Part shown: one piece after another, positions 17,971 through 28,000 of the stretch
Layout: every line of letters begins with the position of its first letter
How positions within the stretch are numbered: the first letter of the stretch is position 1
Assembly (NCBI GenBank): GCA_964417635.1
Contig: CAYQIY010000009.1
Location: 24,675 to 88,674, forward strand
DNA length: 64,000 nucleotides
Source of the DNA: an uncultured Pseudomonadota bacterium
GTDB lineage: Bacteria; Bacillota; Sulfobacillia; JAUYEF01
Direction of reading: 5' to 3'
Program-made: the position numbers and the translations under genes
Notes under the pieces: model-generated
Database searches by the model: none
What the model saw: the letters and a program-made list of their open reading frames with translations, nothing else
Told to the model about the DNA's origin: nothing

Positions 17971-19008
17971 ATGATAGGTTCACTGCTGTTTAGCCCGTAT
18001 AAGCTAAGAGGCACAACTTTCAAGAACAGGATTGTATTACCGCCGATGTGCCAGTGGCTCTCAGACGCCCAGGGCGCAGTGCTGCCTTACCACCTAGCAC
18101 ACTACGGTCAAAGGGCTATCGCAGGCACGGCTATGATCATCGTCGAAGCTACCGCGGTTGAAGAGAGGGGCAGAATCTCAGGTAGAGACTTGGGGCTATG
18201 GTCAGACAAGCACGTTGAGGGTATGAGCCGTCTTGCCGAGACGATAGCAGAATTCGGTTGCGTGCCGGGGATACAGCTGGGCCACGCCGGAAGAAAGGCG
18301 TGGATAGATGGCCCCAGAGCTGTTGCACCCAGCGCTGTGCAGTTTTCGCACGAACATCAACTGCCCGAAGCGATGAGCATGCACGACATAGAGCAGGCGG
18401 CACACGCGTTCCGTGACGCTGCGGTGCGGGCTTCTGACGCCGGTTTCAGGCTGCTCGAGATGCACGCAGCACACGGCTACCTAATCCACCAGTTCTTGTC
18501 ACCCATATCTAACAAGCGAACAGATGAGTTCGGCGGAAGCACCGAGAACAGGTTGCGTTTTGCCCTGATGGTAGCACGCGAAATACGAAGTGCAGTCCCG
18601 CCCGAGGTGCTACTTGCGGCAAGAGTCTCTGCCACTGAGTACCACGAAGAAGGCTACAGCATGGACGAGATGACACTGATGTGCAGGCAGCTTGTGGAAG
18701 CGGGTTGCGATATTATACATGTTAGTTCAGGCGGCTCAGTCAGCACAGCTCCGTCACAGTGGCCCGGCTACCAGTTGGGGTATGCGGCCAAGATACGTAG
18801 CGCTCTTCTTGATGTACCCGTCATAGGTGTCGGAAGACTAGAATCCGCCGAACTTGCTGAGTTCGCGCTAAGAGAAGGTTTCTGCGATTTTGTCGCAGTG
18901 GGTCGAGAGATGCTGAGAAACCCCAACTGGCCCTCACACGCGGCACTTCGACTGAGCGCAAAAGTACCGGTAGTCGAACCGCTGGCAAAGCAATTCCAGC
19001 CAGAATAG
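17971..19008 (+). CDS. NADH:flavin oxidoreductase, Old Yellow Enzyme family (YqjM/NamA-like)
   Basis: ATG 17971 after GGAGAGGAGGTG. 'FKNRIVLPPMCQW' and 'HAAHGYLIHQFLSPISNKRTDEFGG'. Confidence 0.9.
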   Translation: MIGSLLFSPYKLRGTTFKNRIVLPPMCQWLSDAQGAVLPYHLAHYGQRAIAGTAMIIVEATAVEERGRISGRDLGLWSDKHVEGMSRLAETIAEFGCVPGIQLGHAGRKAWIDGPRAVAPSAVQFSHEHQLPEAMSMHDIEQAAHAFRDAAVRASDAGFRLLEMHAAHGYLIHQFLSPISNKRTDEFGGSTENRLRFALMVAREIRSAVPPEVLLAARVSATEYHEEGYSMDEMTLMCRQLVEAGCDIIHVSSGGSVSTAPSQWPGYQLGYAAKIRSALLDVPVIGVGRLESAELAEFALREGFCDFVAVGREMLRNPNWPSHAALRLSAKVPVVEPLAKQFQPE

Positions 19009-19015
19009 AAGAAAA

Positions 19016-19038
19016 TAGGGGGCAAGTCCGGCCCCCTA
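19016..19038. terminator. Bidirectional intrinsic terminator
   Basis: TAGGGGGC-AAGTCCG-GCCCCCTA, flanked by an A-rich run upstream and a T-rich run downstream. Lies between convergent genes. Confidence 0.7.
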
Positions 19039-19049
19039 TCTTCTCTTGC

Positions 19050-20414
19050 TTAACCTGACGTCTTTCCTGTCACGCTAAAGCGTGTTGTCCTGAGGCTTGG
19101 CGACATGTTGTACATGTAATCACCGGCCAAAGTGAGATCATTGCCCACAGATATGACGTTTTTCAGCAGGGTGACCGCGCTCACGGTGAACCTCAGATTG
19201 GGCAGCATCGCCGCAATCTTGCCTTTTTCTATCAGGAAAGTGCCATTGCGGGTCATACCTGTCAGTATCGCGCGTTTTTGATCGAGCGGCCGCGTGTAGT
19301 GAAACGCGGTAATAAGCAGACCGCGCTCCACACCTGACACGAGTTCTTCTCTCGTCGAGTTGCCTGGTTCCAACACTAGGTGAGAGGCATAAGGCCCTTC
19401 AGAAAACCAGTATCCTTCCGGAGGTAGCGCGTGACCTGTGGAGGCAGTTCCCGCTTTCTGCGCTGTCTCAAGATCGTACACCGCACCACGCACTACGCCC
19501 TTTTCTACCAGCTTCAGCGTGCTCTTTGGCGTGCCTTCGTAGTCAAACGCTTCACACATATGCTCGGGCCTCAGAGGGTCATCGCATATGCTGACCTCAG
19601 GCGATAGTACCATCTCGCCAATCTGTGATGCAAAACAGCTGCTTCCGTTAAGGTGACCAGAACCGCTAAAACCGAGGTAACCGAGATGGTGTAACAGTTC
19701 TGCTCCTGCATCAGGTAACAACACGACCTCGTACTCACCGGGGTCGACGTCTTTGAACTCGCCAAAATGAGCCGCCTTGAACAACGCGTCGTCAGCTAGG
19801 AGTTCTGGGGCTGCCGCTTGCATGCTTCTTCCTAGGTGTCTAGCAAGACCCGCACCTCGAGTGTCGGCAAGCGCAGTAACCTGAAGCCTTGCAGTACTGC
19901 CTATGAAGTAAAGTGAAACTCCGTTTGAGTTGGCAATAGCGCGTTCTTCAAAACCTGTTACCGCATTGCCGTATAACCTTACGTCTGATCGCTGCCCCAC
20001 TCTCTTGACTGCACGGATTATTAGGTGCGCTCTCTCTTCGGCGCTCATTCCGGCCGTAGCCTCGTCATAACTCTTGATCTCACGCACTACACAAGGTGGC
20101 CTCGATAGCAGAGGCACGCGTTTCGCCGGATGGCTGGCCAGAGCGTTCGACACGCACATTTCGGCAAGCCATGTACACGCCTCATCATCAAGCCTGCTGC
20201 ATGAAGCCTCGGCCATCTTGTTACCAGTGCTTACTCTTATGTAAAGTTGTGGTTCCACGCTATCGGTGCTGTTTTCGATCGCGTTGTTTGAGTAGCGAGT
20301 GAGTTTTTGGCTCACATTGCGCAACAGCACGAATGCAGAATCGGCGCCCTTTGTCTGGGCGAGTCTTACGGTGTTCTCCAGAATCTCGGTGGCGCGCTCT
20401 TTTCCGATTATCAT
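19050..20414 (-). CDS. pmbA: PmbA/TldE-family protein (non-catalytic partner of TldD)
   Basis: ATGA overlap with the upstream tldD stop (20411-20414). TldD/PmbA fold-like sequence without an HExxxH motif. Confidence 0.8.
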   Translation of the reverse strand: MIIGKERATEILENTVRLAQTKGADSAFVLLRNVSQKLTRYSNNAIENSTDSVEPQLYIRVSTGNKMAEASCSRLDDEACTWLAEMCVSNALASHPAKRVPLLSRPPCVVREIKSYDEATAGMSAEERAHLIIRAVKRVGQRSDVRLYGNAVTGFEERAIANSNGVSLYFIGSTARLQVTALADTRGAGLARHLGRSMQAAAPELLADDALFKAAHFGEFKDVDPGEYEVVLLPDAGAELLHHLGYLGFSGSGHLNGSSCFASQIGEMVLSPEVSICDDPLRPEHMCEAFDYEGTPKSTLKLVEKGVVRGAVYDLETAQKAGTASTGHALPPEGYWFSEGPYASHLVLEPGNSTREELVSGVERGLLITAFHYTRPLDQKRAILTGMTRNGTFLIEKGKIAAMLPNLRFTVSAVTLLKNVISVGNDLTLAGDYMYNMSPSLRTTRFSVTGKTSG

Positions 20415-21889
20415 CTTGCCACCCCCACCTTCAGTCGCCTGAAGCGCGCAGGCGAAGTGCCGTGGCCAACATGCAGGTTCTGCATTGGCGCTCCTTTGCC
20501 GCAGCCTGTAAGTCCCCAAACCCTCCATGATTCGGGGCCGGCCACAGCATCACACGATCCCCACACTAACGGAGTAGTGCCTGTATAACTCGGGTTTTTC
20601 AGCATGCGCCCAACTTTGCCGTTGACTATCTCCCACGCTACCTGGCAGCCAAATGCGAAGTTTAGCCGTCTATCGTCTATGCTCCAGGTCTTCTGACCGT
20701 CAAAAATGAAGCCGTACTTGGTGTCGGCTATTATGTCTTCGAGAGACTGCTTGCCTGGAAGCAGGTTGATGTTGGTCATGCGCACAATCGGCGGCTTTGA
20801 CCACGTGTTTGCGCGGCAGTTGCCTCCGCTGAGATGGCCGGGACGCGCGACATACTGACGAGAAGTAAGATAGCCGACGTGAATACCGTCTTGCACTATG
20901 AACGAGCGCTGCGCGGGCACGCCTTCGTCGTCCCACCCGAAACTGCCGAGTCCTCCGGCGATGGTAGCATCGGCGGTTAGGTTTACCTCAGAAGAACCGT
21001 ACTTGCGCCGACCTAGTTGATCAAGCGTGAGGAAACTCGTGCCTGCGACGTCGGCTTCGACTCCGAGCACTCTATCGAGTTCGCTTGGGTGGCCACACGA
21101 TTCGTGCACCTGCAGCGCCATCTGCGACCCGCTCACTATAACATCGAATTCGCCGGACGGGCACTCCGGACTGTCGAGCAATGCAGCCGCTTCACGCGCC
21201 GTCTTGGTCGCATTACCCGCAAGGTCAAGCTGTTCGATGAACTCCCAGCCGGACTGTATTTCATCACCCATCAATTCGGGGTACGCACGAATCTGTGCAT
21301 CTCCTCCGCCTACCGCCAACGCCAGGATGCCACCGCCGCTTTCGATCACCGACTGCTCAACGTAGCTGCCTTCGGTGCTTGCAAACCACTTGTCTTGGTA
21401 ATAGAACGCGATCTCACTCTTGCGAGACTTGACTGCTTCTACTTCGGCCATTTTGTGGTCTGCTTCAAGCAGTAGCTCGATCTTCTTCTCAACTGGCACA
21501 TCTATGGGATGCACCTTAACCGGAGACACGTAAGTTCCGCGCTGTGCTGTAAGCGGCGTCAGTTCAACAGGGTGCGCACCCGACAAAGCGGCTGCTTTGG
21601 AAAGCGTAACCGCAGCTTCTACCGCCCTTTCTACAGGCGCATAGCCTGATCTCGCACAAAAACCCCAGTACCCATCGCACAGTACACGCAGGCCAAAGCC
21701 GTTGCTCACATTTGCGACCATCTTCGAGATATTTCCATCCTGCACCCGGTAGATCTCTTCAGCGGTAACCATGAAGCGCACATCGGCGTACTGAGCACCT
21801 TTTGAAGTGCACGTTTGCATGATGTGCTTAAGCCATGATTCCATCTGCTTGGGCGTGTCGCCCATCTGGTCTCTCAAGCCTGGATCCAT
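20411..21889 (-). CDS. tldD: TldD-family metalloprotease
   Basis: 'HESCGHPSELDR' HExxxH motif. ATG 21889 lies 8 nt after GGAGGTGG. The ORF-track TTG is at 21907. Confidence 0.85.
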   Translation of the reverse strand: MDPGLRDQMGDTPKQMESWLKHIMQTCTSKGAQYADVRFMVTAEEIYRVQDGNISKMVANVSNGFGLRVLCDGYWGFCARSGYAPVERAVEAAVTLSKAAALSGAHPVELTPLTAQRGTYVSPVKVHPIDVPVEKKIELLLEADHKMAEVEAVKSRKSEIAFYYQDKWFASTEGSYVEQSVIESGGGILALAVGGGDAQIRAYPELMGDEIQSGWEFIEQLDLAGNATKTAREAAALLDSPECPSGEFDVIVSGSQMALQVHESCGHPSELDRVLGVEADVAGTSFLTLDQLGRRKYGSSEVNLTADATIAGGLGSFGWDDEGVPAQRSFIVQDGIHVGYLTSRQYVARPGHLSGGNCRANTWSKPPIVRMTNINLLPGKQSLEDIIADTKYGFIFDGQKTWSIDDRRLNFAFGCQVAWEIVNGKVGRMLKNPSYTGTTPLVWGSCDAVAGPESWRVWGLTGCGKGAPMQNLHVGHGTSPARFRRLKVGVAR

Positions 21890-21910
21890 GCGTTCTACCA
21901 CCTCCAAATA

Positions 21911-22801
21911 CTACTTCAGCCTTGGGTCAAGCGCATCACGAAGTCCATCACCGAGCAGGTTCAGCGCCAACACTGTCAGCGCGATCGCTGTTCCAGGCAT
22001 TATCGTGAGATGAGGCGCCGTTCTCAAGTATTCGCGCCCTTCGTTCAGCATCGCTCCCCACTCGGGGTTTGGCGGTTGTGCGCCAAGTCCGAGAAAACTG
22101 AGGCCAGCGGCAGACAGAATTGCGCTGCCGACTCCGAGCGTTGCCTGGATCAGGATGGGTGCAAGACAGTTGGGCAACACGTGCTTTAGTATAACGCGCA
22201 AGTCAGGTGAGCCCTGTGCGCGAGCGGCCTCGACGAACTCTTTCTGCTTAACAGATAGCACCTGTGCACGCACGAGCCTCGCGTAACCCACCCACGAAAC
22301 CATGGCAAGCGCCAGCATCGCGTTATTGAGACTAGGACCCAGCACGGCCATGATCGCAATAGCCAGAATGAAGAACGGGAAGGCCATTAGCACATCGACC
22401 ACCCGCATTATGACCTCGTCAACAACGCCACCGTAGTACCCCGCGAGGGCGCCAAGTGTTACGCCGACCGATCCCGCAAGGCCCACAACGATTATGCCCA
22501 CCTGTAGGGATATCCTAGCTCCAAAAATGAGTCTACTCAACACGTCTCTGCCGAAATCATCGGTACCGAGAAGATAGCCCGGGCTTCCCGGGGGCTTGAG
22601 TCTGTTCGCCGAGCTCAGGTGAGACACCGGATCGTAAGGCGCCACAAACGGCGCGAGTATGGCGACTGCCCAGAGCAGTACCACCACGATGCCTCCGATC
22701 ATGGCCACTTTGTTCTTCCTGAACCGACGCCAGGCATCTTGGGTAAGGCTTACCGATGGCATCATGTCGTCAGTTGTCTGGCTCATATTCTTCTCAGCCA
22801 T
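21911..22801 (-). CDS. Peptide ABC transporter permease (DppC/OppC-like)
   Basis: ATG 22801 lies 6 nt after GGAGGTG. 'EAARAQGSPDLRVILKHVLPN'. Confidence 0.85.
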   Translation of the reverse strand: MAEKNMSQTTDDMMPSVSLTQDAWRRFRKNKVAMIGGIVVVLLWAVAILAPFVAPYDPVSHLSSANRLKPPGSPGYLLGTDDFGRDVLSRLIFGARISLQVGIIVVGLAGSVGVTLGALAGYYGGVVDEVIMRVVDVLMAFPFFILAIAIMAVLGPSLNNAMLALAMVSWVGYARLVRAQVLSVKQKEFVEAARAQGSPDLRVILKHVLPNCLAPILIQATLGVGSAILSAAGLSFLGLGAQPPNPEWGAMLNEGREYLRTAPHLTIMPGTAIALTVLALNLLGDGLRDALDPRLK

Positions 22802-22813
22802 CAGGCTCACCTC

Positions 22814-23770
22814 CTAATCGTACCGGATCCGGGGATCCAGAGCAGTGTAGAGCACGTCCACCAGCAGGTTAACCACCACGAACGTGAAGCACAGCACAAG
22901 AGTAGTACCTTGCACCGTCGGGAAATCCCGTCTCAGAATCGAGTTTACTGCAAGCCTGCCCACTCCCGGCCACGAGAATATGGTCTCGGTCACAACAGCA
23001 CCGCCCAGCAGTCCGCCAAATTGCATACCGACAATCGTTACAACCGGAATCAGGGCGTTCTTTAGCGAGTGCTTGTAGATGACTACCCTCTCAGAAAGCC
23101 CTTTGGCGCGTGCTGTCCTGATGTAATCCTGTCGAACAACTTCCAGCATGCTTGACCTGGTCATCCTCGTGACAATCGCAAGCATTGAGAGCCCAAGTGA
23201 TAGAGCAGGAAGCAGCAGGTGACGAAGCACACTGGATAGGCCGTCTTCTATATGGCCTATCCCGGTTGCTGGCAGCCAACCGAGTTTGACTGAGAACACC
23301 AAGATCAAGATGAGTCCGAACCAAAACCGTGGTATCGAGATACCGAATGACGCGAACACCATGCTGAAGTTGTCGAGCAAGGAGTTCTGGCGAGTGGCCG
23401 AAAACACCCCCAGCGGAATCGCTATGAGAAGAGAAATCAGCATTGACGCAAAAGTGAGCTGTAAGGTCGCGGGCAGTCTCTGTGCGATCATGCCGAGGAC
23501 GTCTTGCCGAGTCTGGTATGACCGGCCAAGATCACCCCTCACCGCCCTAGCCACGAAGCTCGCAAACTGCACCACCAGCGGCTTGTCGAGCCCAAACTCC
23601 TCTCTTACCTGTTGCACGACTTTGGGGTCAAGGTTTGTTCTTTCTGACGCGCCGAGAATGGTCAACACCGGGTCTCCGGGCGCAAGGTGCAGCATCAGAA
23701 ATACCATTATCGAGATGACCAATAGCACCGGTATCAAACCGATACAGCGTCTTATTATATACGTCGTCAT
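22814..23770 (-). CDS. Peptide ABC transporter permease (DppB/OppB-like)
   Basis: ATG 23770 after GAGGGA gives 'MTTYIIRRCIGLIP'. 'YIRTARAKGLSERVVIYKHSLKNA'. Confidence 0.85.
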   Translation of the reverse strand: MTTYIIRRCIGLIPVLLVISIMVFLMLHLAPGDPVLTILGASERTNLDPKVVQQVREEFGLDKPLVVQFASFVARAVRGDLGRSYQTRQDVLGMIAQRLPATLQLTFASMLISLLIAIPLGVFSATRQNSLLDNFSMVFASFGISIPRFWFGLILILVFSVKLGWLPATGIGHIEDGLSSVLRHLLLPALSLGLSMLAIVTRMTRSSMLEVVRQDYIRTARAKGLSERVVIYKHSLKNALIPVVTIVGMQFGGLLGGAVVTETIFSWPGVGRLAVNSILRRDFPTVQGTTLVLCFTFVVVNLLVDVLYTALDPRIRYD

Positions 23771-23839
23771 TTGGCAATCCCTCACAAGCAGGACGGGGAT
23801 ACGCTCCCCGTCCCGCACAATGCATGATTGGTGGTGTGT

Positions 23840-25462
23840 CTACTTCTTGAACCCAACGTTTCTTGTCGTGTTAGTGAGGCTCACCCAAGGAGTCGGAGGC
23901 AAGAAGCCTTCAACACTACTCTTGGTGCCTATCTGAATGTATTCGAGATATCCACCGAGGTGTACTCTGTCCTTAATCGTGATCTCGGCCGCCCTTGTCC
24001 AGAGTTTGACTCTCTCTTCAAGGTTGACCGTACGCTTAGACTCGTCAAGCAACGCATCCAATTCCGCGTTCTTATAGAACGTGTTGTGCGCCTGGCCTGC
24101 TGCGTTCACACTGTGGAACATGTAAAGCAAGCCATCAGGTGTGCTACCTCCACCCATGATGAACATCTCAGTATTGCCCTTCCTGATCTCGTCAAGGTGC
24201 GTGGCCCAGTCGCGCACCTGCACCTGCGCGTCGATACCAACCGCCTTAAGCTGCGTGGCTATAAGGGTTGCCATCTTCTGCCGGTTGGGGTCATTGTGCA
24301 CTTTGAGTGAGAACGACATCTTCTGGCCATCTTTCTCAAGTACGCCATCTCTACCCGGCGTCCAACCTGCTTCGGCTAGCAGCTGTTTGGCCTTTTCGAC
24401 GTCATGACTCCACATCTGCTTCCAGTTATCGCTGAATCCCGGGATACCGCGAGGCACAGGCCCGTAAGCCGTCTCCGCGAGCTGTTCTTCGGGGAAGATC
24501 ATCCTGGTGATCTCCTCCATGTCCAAAGCAGCGGCGATTGCCTCACGCACTTTTGCATCCTGGAACAACGGCACGTTGAAGTTGAATGCAGCGTACCGGT
24601 ACCAACCGAACGTGTTACGAATCACGGTGATGCTTTCGTCTTGAAGCAGACGAGGCACATCTGCAGTAGGCAGCTGAAGCGAGATGTCAACTTCGCCGGT
24701 CTCAAGCGCCATTAGTGATACAGACTTGTCCGGAATGATACGGAAGACAACCCGGTCAACTCTGGGCTTGATGAAGAAATCTGGGTTTGCCTCAAGAATC
24801 ACTCTGTCGTCCACCCTGAACTCAACGAACCTAAATGGTCCACAGCCGATGGGGTACTTTGCAAACTCGTCACGGCCGAGTTTTTCCAACGCTTCCATCG
24901 AGAATATGGGCACCCTGTTCAGGTCGTTGAGGAAGAACGCATACGGTTCTCTCGTCACAAACTTCACCGTATGCGAGTCCACAACTTCGACCTTCTCAAT
25001 AACTGCGTCCAGAGTCGCCTGCAGACGCGCCTGGTTCGCCGGGTCAAGAATGAAATCAAATGTCTTCTTGACATCCTGCGCCGTGACCTCTACCTTTGAT
25101 CCGGCCGGGTATACAGCATTTCCATCGTGCCACGTCATCCCCTTGCGTAGGTGGAACACCCATGTTAGATCGTCAGGGTTTTCCCACGACTCAGCAAGTC
25201 GCGGAACGATGTTCGTGCCGTCAACGTTTACCAGTGGCTCCATTATCTGGCTGAGCACATAGTAGTCACCGTCACTCGAATACTTGGTAGGGTCAAAAGT
25301 CTCAATACTGTAAGGCGTTCCGATGGTAAGGGTAACCTCTTTTGGGGCCTCGGGCTCTGGCTTGGGCGAAGGCGCCGGCGTAGGTGTAGCCGGTGCACCA
25401 CAGCCGGTGACCAATCCAGCTGCTAGGGCAAACACCAGAACCATCATACCGATCCTCTTCAA
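23840..25462 (-). CDS. ABC transporter substrate-binding lipoprotein, family 5
   Basis: Lipobox 'LVTGC'. TTG start after GAGGAGGAGGAG. 540 aa. Confidence 0.85.
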   Translation of the reverse strand: MKRIGMMVLVFALAAGLVTGCGAPATPTPAPSPKPEPEAPKEVTLTIGTPYSIETFDPTKYSSDGDYYVLSQIMEPLVNVDGTNIVPRLAESWENPDDLTWVFHLRKGMTWHDGNAVYPAGSKVEVTAQDVKKTFDFILDPANQARLQATLDAVIEKVEVVDSHTVKFVTREPYAFFLNDLNRVPIFSMEALEKLGRDEFAKYPIGCGPFRFVEFRVDDRVILEANPDFFIKPRVDRVVFRIIPDKSVSLMALETGEVDISLQLPTADVPRLLQDESITVIRNTFGWYRYAAFNFNVPLFQDAKVREAIAAALDMEEITRMIFPEEQLAETAYGPVPRGIPGFSDNWKQMWSHDVEKAKQLLAEAGWTPGRDGVLEKDGQKMSFSLKVHNDPNRQKMATLIATQLKAVGIDAQVQVRDWATHLDEIRKGNTEMFIMGGGSTPDGLLYMFHSVNAAGQAHNTFYKNAELDALLDESKRTVNLEERVKLWTRAAEITIKDRVHLGGYLEYIQIGTKSSVEGFLPPTPWVSLTNTTRNVGFKK

Positions 25463-25732
25463 GTTATCGTCTCCTCCTCCTCAACTGTTTGACAACCAAC
25501 AACGGATTGATACTGCAAAAGGCAACAGAACTCCTGTCATAAAACGCCGGAATTCTGTGCCAATAACCTCGATTCTGTACGACATGCCGCTTATCCTTCG
25601 TGCAAAGAGTTCGCAATTAGCTATCTAATTTGTGGTTATTTGGAAGTTGCGTAGCATTCAATCTTTAACAAGGATACTCCCTGCTCATACAGAACTCTAA
25701 TCCGAACACGCTCAAGGAAGCGAGGAGATAAC

Positions 25733-26518
25733 GTGTCTACGGTGTGGATAGACCGCCTTACTTGGGAAGAATTCCAACACTTGGGTGTGGCCTCCAAGCC
25801 CGTCATAATCCCTGTGGGTAGCACTGAACAGCACGGGCCGCACCTTCCGCTCGGAACCGACTCAATGCTTGCGGTGAGTATAGCGCAAGATGCTGCTCAG
25901 AAGGCCGGCGCCTTTGTCGCGCCTGCACTCTGCTACGGCTGGTCACCTCACCATATGGTGCTCCCGGGAAGCGTCACTGTCAGGCCGGATGTGCTTATCG
26001 AGCTTCTGTATGATATCACCCGCTCGCTCAGCCAGCACGGCGTCACCCGGTTTGTGTACTTGAACGGCCACCGTATCGTGAATATACCATGGCTACAGAT
26101 TGCTGCAGACAGGGCGCAACGAGATCTTTCGGTGAGGGCAGTGATTTTCGATCCGGCCCATATGTCGCGGGATATATCGGAGAGTTTGGGGTTTGGACCT
26201 TTGGGACACGCAGAAGAGATTGAAACATCGCACATGCTTTGTGTTTTGCCATCACTTGCCAAACCCGAGCTCGCGCTGGATTTCGCGGTACCTGAGCCAA
26301 ACCTGTACAGTGTTGATCCTCGTTACACCCAGGATTCACTGTGCTACGTGCCCAGCACACCCAGAGCGATGCAAGAAGCCGTAAGACAGGCTAAAGGAGC
26401 AACAGGCTGCCCGACAAAAGCAACTAAGGAAAAGGGGAGGCTGTACCACGAACATCTTGTTAAACGGCTTGCAGAAGTCATAGATCTGCTCATGCAAGAA
26501 CAAGTACAACCGAAATGA
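25733..26518 (+). CDS. Creatininase-family amidohydrolase (copy 1)
   Basis: 'IIPVGSTEQHGPHLPLGTDS' and 'GHAEEIETS'. GTG start after GAGGAG. Confidence 0.8.
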   Translation: MSTVWIDRLTWEEFQHLGVASKPVIIPVGSTEQHGPHLPLGTDSMLAVSIAQDAAQKAGAFVAPALCYGWSPHHMVLPGSVTVRPDVLIELLYDITRSLSQHGVTRFVYLNGHRIVNIPWLQIAADRAQRDLSVRAVIFDPAHMSRDISESLGFGPLGHAEEIETSHMLCVLPSLAKPELALDFAVPEPNLYSVDPRYTQDSLCYVPSTPRAMQEAVRQAKGATGCPTKATKEKGRLYHEHLVKRLAEVIDLLMQEQVQPK

Positions 26519-26579
26519 ATCTTGAGAGTGGCTGCTGCGTATTAACAAGCAGAATCTGGCGTATCGAGGTGTGGGTCAG

Positions 26580-27098
26580 ATGAAGTCACGTTTCCGGCTC
26601 TCGTTCTTTGTGTGCTGGGTGATAGCATTGCTGATCCATAACCTAGTGCACGAAAGCGCTCACTACCTCGCGGCAATAGCGCTTGGCCAGCCGGTGCTCG
26701 AATTCCGATTCTTGACAAACGGCTTTGGAACGAGTCAGGTGGTATACGCAACCCCGGTAGCAGAAAGGGCTGGCTACCACTGGCTTGCGATCGCGTGGCT
26801 GCCTTCAGCGGTAACGGTGTTGCTGGGTTACTTGATTTACTCTCTCAGGTATAGATTGCTCTCCCCGAACAAGAGTCTCAACCTATTCATCTGGTACGCG
26901 GGGCTCGCGTTCTTGTGTCTTGACCCATTGTATTTCGGAGTGTTATCTGTATTCGTCGGAGGGGACATACAAGCGGTGCAGGCAGTTGGCTGGTCTCCTT
27001 GGCCGATTCGGCTACTCGCGGTGTGCGTGCTTTGGCTAAACTCAAGGCTGATGCTTAGATGGCGCACTGAAGCACGCGCGATGACAGGGTACTACTGA
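26580..27098 (+). CDS. Polytopic membrane protein with an intramembrane HExxH (zincin-like, DUF3267-like)
   Basis: 'LIHNLVHESAHYLAA' and several hydrophobic helices. Start is ATG 26580 or GTG 26571. Confidence 0.55.
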   Translation: MKSRFRLSFFVCWVIALLIHNLVHESAHYLAAIALGQPVLEFRFLTNGFGTSQVVYATPVAERAGYHWLAIAWLPSAVTVLLGYLIYSLRYRLLSPNKSLNLFIWYAGLAFLCLDPLYFGVLSVFVGGDIQAVQAVGWSPWPIRLLAVCVLWLNSRLMLRWRTEARAMTGYY

Positions 27099-27133
27099 TT
27101 TGAGCCAATTCCTCTGCTACTGGAGGCATCAAA

Positions 27134-27307
27134 GTGTTGTTCTCGAAGAACATGGCCTACCCGGCCAGACTCGGCGATCTGGGATTCTTGGGGTTTCTAG
27201 GCTTTTTGAAGGCGTTTTTTCAGCCGGTATGGGTTTTCCACTTGATGTTCCTGTGTTCTGGCTTTTACCTGTTGGCTTTTCTGGCACCACGCCGCAGCAA
27301 GACCTAG
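27134..27307 (+). CDS. Small hydrophobic protein (hypothetical; not in the ORF track)
   Basis: GTG lies 7 nt after GGAGG. Own translation: '(M)LFSKNMAYPARLGDLGFLGFLGFLKAFFQPVWVFHLMFLCSGFYLLAFLAPRRSKT'. Replaces the implausible 75-aa ORF at 27100-27327. Confidence 0.3.
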   Translation: MLFSKNMAYPARLGDLGFLGFLGFLKAFFQPVWVFHLMFLCSGFYLLAFLAPRRSKT

Positions 27308-27349
27308 ACAACAGATTCTATCACTAGAAGGAAGAGGGAGGCAGAACGC

Positions 27350-28000
27350 ATGGCATTGCTGCTAGTTCTGGGTTTCGTTCTGCTTCCGCTTGTACTGCTC
27401 TGCATACCGCTTCACGTGCACGGCTCGGTTGACACCGTTGCTGATAATTCGTCTAGCCTGCACCTTACATGGGCGTGGGGGTTCTTACGGCTGCACGTGC
27501 GCAAGACAGACCAAATCTATGATTCGAGGTTCAGTGTATGCGGTCTGCGGCTCGCTTCCCCGCACATGACGCGCTCCGAGCATACTAAACCGGAAACAAC
27601 CACTAAGCGCAGGCAAGGTTCTTTGTCCGACTTTGTCGGCTTACTGAAACACGACATACTCGTAAGACTCAAAACGCTTATACTGCGAGTTTTGCGGAGT
27701 CTGAGGATCCGGGCCGATGTCTCAGGGACGTACAGTACGGGCGACCCAGCGGCCACAGGCGCTATTGCGGGCCTGCTGGCAGTTTTGGGGCTGTGGCGAG
27801 TGGGAATTCGCATTCGGCCGGATTTCGGAGACGCAGCGCTCAGAGTTCGTGGCTGGCTAAGTGCTCGGATTGTTCCGATCGCTATTCTGTGCCATGTGCT
27901 GCGGTTCATGCTGGAACGCCCGGTAAGAGCAATTTGGTTACCCAAACTCCTTGCACGAAAATCCAAGAAACGGGAGGTTTTGCGAAGTGAAAGCGTTTAA
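27350..28000 (+). CDS. ytfI: DUF2953 / YtfI-like sporulation-associated membrane protein
   Basis: N-terminal TM, 'LHLTWAWGFLRLHV'. Position immediately upstream of gerW/ytfJ matches Bacillus ytfI-ytfJ. Confidence 0.6.
   Translation: MALLLVLGFVLLPLVLLCIPLHVHGSVDTVADNSSSLHLTWAWGFLRLHVRKTDQIYDSRFSVCGLRLASPHMTRSEHTKPETTTKRRQGSLSDFVGLLKHDILVRLKTLILRVLRSLRIRADVSGTYSTGDPAATGAIAGLLAVLGLWRVGIRIRPDFGDAALRVRGWLSARIVPIAILCHVLRFMLERPVRAIWLPKLLARKSKKREVLRSESV

Noticed and set aside
27100-27327. 75-aa ORF from the track
   Set aside because: It has no RBS and an odd composition. An alternative frame (27134-27307) has a GGAGG RBS and encodes a plausible hydrophobic mini-protein.
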